Of a stretch of DNA of 64,000 nt, positions 56,639-64,000 are shown in pieces; the stretch's first letter is position 1; every line of letters begins with the position of its first letter. The notes under the pieces were generated by a model, which ran no database searches, was not told the DNA's origin, and saw only the letters and a program-made list of their open reading frames with translations. Position numbers and translations under genes: made by a program. Location: positions 462,840 through 526,839 of the forward strand of contig CAWAYI010000005.1 of assembly GCA_963786245.1 (NCBI GenBank), written 5' to 3'. The stretch is from an uncultured beta proteobacterium. GTDB taxonomy: Bacteria; Pseudomonadota; Gammaproteobacteria; Burkholderiales; Burkholderiaceae_C.

Positions 56639-58357
56639 ATGAGCGCAGTCGCCAACGCCCAGATCGCGGGTCATCTCCTCGTCGAATGCCTGGTGGCCCA
56701 GGGCGCGACCCACGCGTTCGGCGTGCCGGGCGAAAGCTACCTCGCCGTGCTCGACGGCTTTCACGCGTACCGCGACCAGATCCGCTTCATCATCAATCGC
56801 CAGGAAGGCGGGGCCGCCTTCATGGCCGAGGCGCACGGCAAGCTGACCGGGCCGCCCGGGCGTGTGCTTCGTCACGCGCGGCCCCGGCGCCACCAATGCC
56901 TCGATCGGCGTGCACACCGCGTTCCAGGATTCGACGCCGATGGTGCTGTTCGTCGGCGACGTCGCCAGCGACCAGCGCGACCGCGAGGCCTTCCAGGAGG
57001 TCGAATACACGCAGCTTCTTCGGCCCCAGCACCAAGGGCATGGCCAAGCGGGTGGAGCGCATCGACGAGCCCGACCGCATCCCCGAATACGTGGCGCGCG
57101 CCTTCGCCACGGCCATGAACGGCCGGCCCGGCCCGGTGGTGCTGGTGCTGCCCGAGGACATGCTGGTCAGCGCCACCACGGCGCGCGGCCGCTGCCGCGC
57201 GTCGAGCCGGTGCAGGCCTGGAGCGACCCGGGGTCGCTGCGCGAACTGCGCGAACTGCTGCTGCAATCGAGGAAGCCCTTCGTCATCGCCGGCGGCGGCG
57301 GCTGGACGCCGCAGGCCGCGCAGGCGCTGCAGCGCTTTGCCGAGAACTGGAAGCTGCCGGTGGGCAACGCCTTCCGCTTCCAGGACACCTTCGACAACCA
57401 CCACCCGCTCTACGCCGGCGACGTCGGCATCGGCCTGAACCCGAAGCTGGCCGCGCGCATCAAGGACAGCGACCTGGTCCTGGCCATCGGGCCGCGCCTG
57501 GGCGAGATGACGACCGGCGGCTACACCTTGCTGCAGGCGCCCAAGGCCGGCGCAGAAGCTGGTGCACATCCACGCCAGCGCGGAGGAACTCAATCGCGTC
57601 TACCAGGCCGACCTGGCGATCAACGCGACGATGAACGCGGCGGCACGCTCGCTGGAAGTGCTGACCGCGCCACCGGAGGTGCCATGGGCCGCCTGGACCG
57701 AAGCCGCGCACGCCGACTACGAGGCGAACCTCGTGCCGCAGGCGCTGCCGCGGCTGACATCGACATGCCCGCGATCGTCGCCATGCTCAAGAAGCACCTG
57801 CCCGCCGACGCGGTGCTCACCAACGGCGCGGGCAATTTCGCGAGCTGGGTGCACCGCTTCTTCAAGCACCACGGCCTGGCCAAGGGCCTCAAGACGCAAC
57901 TGGCGCCGACCGTGGGCGCCATGGGATACGGCGTGCCGGCCGGCATCGCCGCCAACCTCGTGAGCGGCCGCACCGTGCTCACCATGGCCGGCGACGGCGA
58001 CTTCCTCATGAACGGGCAGGAACTGGCCACCGCGGCGCAGTACGGCGCGCAAGAGCATCATCGTGTTGCTGAACAACGGCATGTACGGGACGATCCGCAT
58101 GCACCAGGAGCGCGACTATCCGCGAGCATGTGAGCGGCAGCGAGCTGTCCAACCCGGACTTCGCGGCGCTGGCGCGCGCCTACGGCTATGCCGGCGTGCG
58201 CATCACCCGCACGGCGGAGTTCGAGCCGGAATTGCTCGCGGCGCTGGAGCGCAAGCAGGGCACGCTGATCGAGGTCATGCTCGATCCGGAAGTGATCACC
58301 ACGCGGGGCACGCTGAGCGGGATCACCCAGGCCGCGCTGGCGCAGCGGGCGAAATGA
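56639..58357 (+). CDS. ThDP-binding protein, acetolactate synthase large subunit-like (multiple frameshifts)
   Basis: FGVPGESYL, RQEGGAAFMA, TRGPGATN, GAMGYG, GDGDFLM, NNGMYG, NPDF. Confidence 0.88.
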
Positions 58358-58358
58358 A

Positions 58359-58381
58359 AAAGGGCCGCGATGCGGCCCTTT
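58359..58381. terminator. Probable bidirectional intrinsic terminator
   Basis: AAAGGGCCGC-GAT-GCGGCCCTTT between convergent genes, with an A-run on the left. Confidence 0.7.
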
Positions 58382-58402
58382 CCCGAATGCGGCGCGAGCC
58401 GC

Positions 58403-58842
58403 TTACTTGACGTGCTTGCCGATCAGGCCGGCCATCTCGAACATGGAGACCTGCGCCTTGCCGAAGATTTCCTTCAGCTTGGCGTCGGCGTTGACCATGC
58501 GCTTGTTGACGGCGTCCTGCAGCTTGTTCTTCTTGATGTAGGCCCACAGCTTGCTGACCACTTCGGTGCGCGGCAGGGGAGCCGAGCCGACCACGGCCGC
58601 GAGTTGCGGGCTGGGGGTCAGGGCCTTCATGAACGCGGCGTTCGGAGTGCGCTTCTTGGCCGGGGCCTTCTTCGCAGCAGCCTTCTTCGCCGGGCGGCCT
58701 TCTTGGCAGCGGCCTTCTTCGCCGGAGCAGCCTTCTTCGCCGGGGCCTTCTTTGCAGCGGCCTTCTTCGCCGGAGCAGCCTTCTTCGCGGGGGCCTTCTT
58801 TGCAGGCGCCTTCTTCGCCGCAGCTTTTTTCGCAGTTGCCAT
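58403..58842 (-). CDS. SWIB/MDM2-domain protein with histone-H1-like N-terminus (frameshift near 58693)
   Basis: MATAKKAAAKKAPAKK repeats, then NAAFMKALTPSPQLAAVVG, LWAYIKKNKLQD, VSMFEM. Confidence 0.9.
58665..58833 (-). repeat. Coding tandem repeats (AKKAP/AKKAA units)
   Basis: Repeated GCCTTCTT(C/T)GC units on the + strand. Confidence 0.8.
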
Positions 58843-58974
58843 GATTATTTCCTTCTAGAAGTTGATTAATCACCAATGGGAATCTGCATTCCCTCTGGCA
58901 CTGCGGATGCTACTGGAGAAAAAACGCGTTTCCAAGCGAAAAATGGCTTTTTTCACTCTGGCGTGTCGTTTTTT

Positions 58975-59901
58975 TCACTCGTGATTTCGCCGCGTTTTCC
59001 CTCTGAAGATCAGAAAGACGCCGGCGAGGATGACGCCGCAGGCGATCCACTCGCCGCCGGTGACGTGCTCGGAGGCCCATGCAACGCCCAGGAACAGCGC
59101 GATCAGGGGGTTCACGAAGGCGTAGCTGGTGGCCATCGCAGGCGTCGCATTCGCCAGCAGGTAGAGGTAAGCGCTGAAGGCGATGAGCGACCCGAACACC
59201 ACCAGGTAGAGCCAGGCGGCCGCGGCCAGCGGCTGCGGCGGCCACGCGAACTGCTCGCCCAACGCAAGAGAAATCACCATCAACACCGCGCCGCCACACA
59301 ACATTTCGCTCGCGAAGCCGGTGGGGCCGGCGGCCAGCGGCAGGCGCGTTGTCTGCAGCACCGAGCCGAGCGACCAGGCCGCGGTCGCCCCCGCGATGCT
59401 CAGGATGCCCACGGGCGAGGCCGAGAAACTCGCGCCCCGCACCAGCAGCAGGACTCCCGCGACGCCGACCACCATGCCCGCGAGTTCCAGCCGGCCGGGC
59501 CGCTGCCCGAACATCAGGCCCCAGCCGCAGACCATCATCGGCGTCACGGCGATGAAGGCGGCGATGAGGCCGGAGCCGATGTGCTGCGAGGCGACGGCCG
59601 TCAGGCCCATCCCGCCGCCGAGCATGAGGGTGCCGACGACCAGGGCGTTGCGCCATTCGCGCCCGGTCGGCAACGCCGCGGCCCGGCCGGGCACCGATGC
59701 GCGGCGCCAGAGGACCCACCCCATGAGCAACGCGCCGGCCGCCAGGAAACGCGTTCCCATCTGGAAGAAGGGCGGGAAGCTGGCCAGGGCCAGCCGGATG
59801 GCGAGGTAGGTCGAGCCCCAGACCAGGTAGCAGGCCAGCAGCGCGGGGACCAGCAGGGCCGCTTTTCGCGGCGCCGCTGCGGGGAGGACGGCGGTGTTCA
59901 T
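58975..59901 (-). CDS. EamA/DMT exporter, YedA-like
   Basis: YLVWGSTYLAIR, RFLAAG, YLVVFGSLIAFSAY, YAFVNP. Confidence 0.88.
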   Translation of the reverse strand: MNTAVLPAAAPRKAALLVPALLACYLVWGSTYLAIRLALASFPPFFQMGTRFLAAGALLMGWVLWRRASVPGRAAALPTGREWRNALVVGTLMLGGGMGLTAVASQHIGSGLIAAFIAVTPMMVCGWGLMFGQRPGRLELAGMVVGVAGVLLLVRGASFSASPVGILSIAGATAAWSLGSVLQTTRLPLAAGPTGFASEMLCGGAVLMVISLALGEQFAWPPQPLAAAAWLYLVVFGSLIAFSAYLYLLANATPAMATSYAFVNPLIALFLGVAWASEHVTGGEWIACGVILAGVFLIFRGKTRRNHE

Positions 59902-59990
59902 GCCGGCATCGTAGGTTGCCTCACGCCCGCTTTCCATGGATGATTGAAGGTCATGGGCCAGGACGGCCTTGATTTTCAATGTCAAACACC

Positions 59991-60485
59991 ATGCCGACCG
60001 AAGTTTCCGAACTCGATGCCTACGACGGCCGTATCCTGGCCGAGCTGCAGCGCGATGCGCGCATCACCATGGCCGAACTGGGGCGCCGCGTGCACCTGAG
60101 CCAGCCGGCCGTCACCGAGCGCGTGCGCAAGCTGGAGCTCAATGGCGTCATCAAGGGCTACCGGGCCGTCGTCGACTACCAGCGGCTGGGCTACGGCATC
60201 CGGGCCATCGTCCGGGTAGGCCGCGTCGAATATGCCCGGGTGGTCAAGCTGATCGAGCAGACGCCCGAAGTCGTGAACGCCTTGAACGTGACGGGCGAGG
60301 ACAGCTGGATCCTGGAGATCGCCGTCATCGACGTCGAGCACCTGGACGCCGTGGTGACGAAGTTCTGTATCCTCACGCAGACCTCCACCTCCATCGTGCT
60401 CAATGCGCCGCGCGAAAACGCGCAGGTGCTGCCGGCGCGGCGCGAGAACATCAAACCCGCCATCAGGAAAGTCACCGGAAAATGA
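59991..60485 (+). CDS. Lrp/AsnC-family regulator
   Basis: LDAYDGRILAELQRDAR, LSQPAVTERVRKLE, VTGED; divergent from the exporter. Confidence 0.92.
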   Translation: MPTEVSELDAYDGRILAELQRDARITMAELGRRVHLSQPAVTERVRKLELNGVIKGYRAVVDYQRLGYGIRAIVRVGRVEYARVVKLIEQTPEVVNALNVTGEDSWILEIAVIDVEHLDAVVTKFCILTQTSTSIVLNAPRENAQVLPARRENIKPAIRKVTGK

Positions 60486-60982
60486 CCTCGAACAACTTTG
60501 CCACCTGCGACCTGTGCGACGCGCATGAAGAGGACACGTCCGGCGCCTTCCGGGTCCTGCCGCCCGTGTTCCGGGATTTCGGCGCGGCCGGCCGGTTTGC
60601 CGGGCCGGTGGCGACGGTGCGCGCCATCGAGGACAACTCTCGCATCCGCGAAGCGGTCAACTCGGCGGGCGAGGGCAGGGTGCTGGTGATCGAGGGTGGC
60701 GGGTCGGTGCGCTTCGCGCTGGTGGGCGGCAATCTCGCGGTGGCCGCCGCGAAGAATGGCTGGGCCGGCATCGTGGTGGACGGTGCCGTGCGCGACCTGG
60801 CCGAGCTGCAGGCGGCGGGTATCGGCGTCAAGGCGCTGGCGCTCATGCCGATGCGTTCGGTCAAGCGCGGCGAAGGCCAGCGCGACCTCGCGGTTCGCAT
60901 CCAGGGCGTGCCGGTGCGGCCCGGAGACTGGCTCTACGCGGACGAGGACGGCATCGTGGTCAGCGCGACGTCCCTGCTCTGA
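60482..60982 (+). CDS. rraA: RraA family protein (RNase E regulator / HMG-aldolase-like)
   Basis: TCDLCD, EDNS, VLVIEGGGS, ALVGG, GAVRD, LYADEDG. Confidence 0.88.
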   Translation: MTSNNFATCDLCDAHEEDTSGAFRVLPPVFRDFGAAGRFAGPVATVRAIEDNSRIREAVNSAGEGRVLVIEGGGSVRFALVGGNLAVAAAKNGWAGIVVDGAVRDLAELQAAGIGVKALALMPMRSVKRGEGQRDLAVRIQGVPVRPGDWLYADEDGIVVSATSLL

Positions 60983-61880
60983 CCGGCGCCGTCGCCAGCA
61001 CCACGCCCGCCAGGGCGAGGGCAAACGCCAGGACGTGCAGCCCGCTGAAGCTCTCGCCCAGCACGAGGACGCCGACCAGCACCGCGGACACGGGCAGCAT
61101 GACCGTGAAGACCCCGGCCTGCGCGGCCGGCACGACCTTCAGGCCGGTCATCCAGAGCCAGACCGTCCAGACACTGGCGGCCAGCGAATAGAACGCGAGC
61201 AGGACCCAGGTGCCGGCGTGCACGGCGGTGAAATCGAAACTCAGCGCGGCATAGGCGCCGAAGGGCGTGACCAGCGCGAAGCCCCAGAGGTTGATGAGCG
61301 ACGTGATGCGGCGGGGCCCGAGCACGCCGGTCAGCTTCTTGCCGATGACCGCATAGGAGGCCTCGCACACCACGGCGCCGAAGACCAGCAGGTTGCCCAG
61401 CCAGCTGCGGGAGCCTGCCGCGGCTTCGGCCACGGGCGCGTCGGGACGGGCCAGGCCCAGCAGGGCGATGCCCAGCCCCGCGCACGCGATCGCGGTCCAG
61501 GTGCGCGGGGCGATGCGCTCGCGCAGGAACGCCCAGCTGAGCAGCGCGACGACGGCGGGGATGGAAGCCATGATGACGCCCGCCGACACCGCACTGGTCA
61601 TGCTCACGCCGAACAGCATGCAGATGGAAAAGAGGAAGTTGCCCAGGAACGACTCGAGGAAGACCAGGCGGCGCGTCTGCGAGGTCATGGGCGCTTCGCC
61701 CGCGGGCTTGCGCAGCCAGTGCAGCATGGCGAGGCCGCCGATGCCGAAGCGCAGCCAGGCCAGCAGGAACACCGGGATGGCGGCCACGAGCGGCTTCGAC
61801 AGGGCCACGTAGCTGCCCACCAGGGACATGCTCAGGGCCAGGCAGGCGAAGGCGAACAGGCGATTCGCGCCGGGGCTCAT
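60960..61880 (-). CDS. EamA/DMT transporter
   Basis: About ten hydrophobic segments with two EamA repeats. Confidence 0.85.
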   Translation of the reverse strand: MSPGANRLFAFACLALSMSLVGSYVALSKPLVAAIPVFLLAWLRFGIGGLAMLHWLRKPAGEAPMTSQTRRLVFLESFLGNFLFSICMLFGVSMTSAVSAGVIMASIPAVVALLSWAFLRERIAPRTWTAIACAGLGIALLGLARPDAPVAEAAAGSRSWLGNLLVFGAVVCEASYAVIGKKLTGVLGPRRITSLINLWGFALVTPFGAYAALSFDFTAVHAGTWVLLAFYSLAASVWTVWLWMTGLKVVPAAQAGVFTVMLPVSAVLVGVLVLGESFSGLHVLAFALALAGVVLATAPVRAGTSR

Positions 61881-61912
61881 TCAGAATGGCACTTTTTCAA
61901 GACCCCCGGATC

Positions 61913-62314
61913 ATGCCCGAAGCCCCGTCCCGCCACGTCTTCGTCTACGGCACGCTGCGCCGCGGCGGGCGCAACGACATCAACCGCCTGCAGCCGGCGC
62001 CGCGCTACGTCGGCATGGGCGAAGTGCGCGGCAACCTGTACCGCATCGACTGGTATCCGGGGCTGACGCTGGGCGGCAAAGAGGCGGTGACGGTGGTGGG
62101 CGAGGTGTACGAGATCACGCCGCAACTGGAGGCCGTGCTCGACGGGATCGAGCAGATCGTTCCCGGGGACGCGAGCGAGTATTTCAAGCGCGAACTCGCG
62201 GTGGAGGTCGCGGGCCGCCCGCTGCAGTGCCTGGTCTACGAGATCAACCCCGAGCGCGTGCGCGGCAAGCAGCCGCTCGGCCACGGCGACTGGATTCTTT
62301 TTCACCCGGCGTAA
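61913..62314 (+). CDS. Gamma-glutamylcyclotransferase (AIG2/YtfP-like)
   Basis: VFVYGTLRRG, YPGL, VVGEVY, LDGIE, GDW. Confidence 0.87.
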   Translation: MPEAPSRHVFVYGTLRRGGRNDINRLQPAPRYVGMGEVRGNLYRIDWYPGLTLGGKEAVTVVGEVYEITPQLEAVLDGIEQIVPGDASEYFKRELAVEVAGRPLQCLVYEINPERVRGKQPLGHGDWILFHPA

Positions 62315-62407
62315 ATCTCGTTTCGCATAGTGGAATGGCGGCATGTTGCGACGCGGAAAAATTTCTCAATACAAGAAATTATTTTTCATATAGAGAAATG
62401 ATCTAGG

Positions 62408-62420
62408 CAAGTTGTTGATT
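62408..62420 (-). promoter_or_regulatory. IHF site upstream of aceA
   Basis: Minus strand AATCAACAACTTG matches WATCAANNNNTTR exactly. Confidence 0.65.
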
Positions 62421-62440
62421 TTAAAGGGGATAAAAATATC

Positions 62441-62459
62441 TCTTATATAAGACATAAGA
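62441..62459. promoter_or_regulatory. GntR-type (SdhR-like) operator upstream of aceA
   Basis: TCTTATATAAGA palindrome extended by CATAAGA. Confidence 0.6.
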
Positions 62460-62560
62460 TGCCCGCAAACTCTTGTACAAGACTTAAAGTTCATCCATCG
62501 GCAAGCGGATGAATTCAAGGCGCGGCCGGGACAGTTCCAATCAACCTTCGGAGTGACACC

Positions 62561-63886
<1,326 letters not shown>

Positions 63887-63934
63887 CGCCTTCGGCGAAG
63901 GGAATAACCGGGCCTGAAGGCCTGGCCCTTGCGG

Positions 63935-63970
63935 CCCCGCCTGGCTGGTCCAGCGCGGGGTTTGTCGTTT
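63935..63970 (+). terminator. Intrinsic terminator after aceA
   Basis: CCCCGC-CTGG/CCAG-C-GCGGGG hairpin followed by TTTGTCGTTT. Confidence 0.65.
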
Positions 63971-64000
63971 GGGGGTTTCGTGATAGAGTACGGAATCAGA

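Overview
GC-rich betaproteobacterial chromosome segment. Gene content and style suggest Comamonadaceae (Ramlibacter/Variovorax-like), which is an inference. About 65 genes are present: the end of the moeA-moaD-moaE operon, a MarR/Bug/FAD-monooxygenase unit, clpB, a LysR with a divergent small ORF, an FRG-domain gene, an itaconate/methylsuccinate-type CoA cluster with a TRAP transporter and a coupled methyltransferase, a thiolase/acyl-CoA ligase/bdh operon with a PAS-LuxR regulator, an ABC-2/HlyD exporter, a probably sigma54-driven SsuA/NMT1-type ABC importer, the complete five-step hut pathway with a HutC operator, a blh/bigR/YeeE/TauE sulfur module, orphan exeA-gspB, a bactofilin, a Gfo/DUF993/TIM-barrel operon with TetR, a ThDP enzyme, a histone-H1-like SWIB protein, rraA and aceA. 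Many unrelated genes carry single-base frameshifts, most likely long-read assembly errors. No rRNA, tRNA, CRISPR, transposase or integrase was recognised. The most unusual signal is non-coding: two inverted ~220-nt copies of a highly structured element at 55341-55865. Each copy is closed by its own 32-33-bp stem, the copies show compensatory changes, and G-U bias points to one folding strand.
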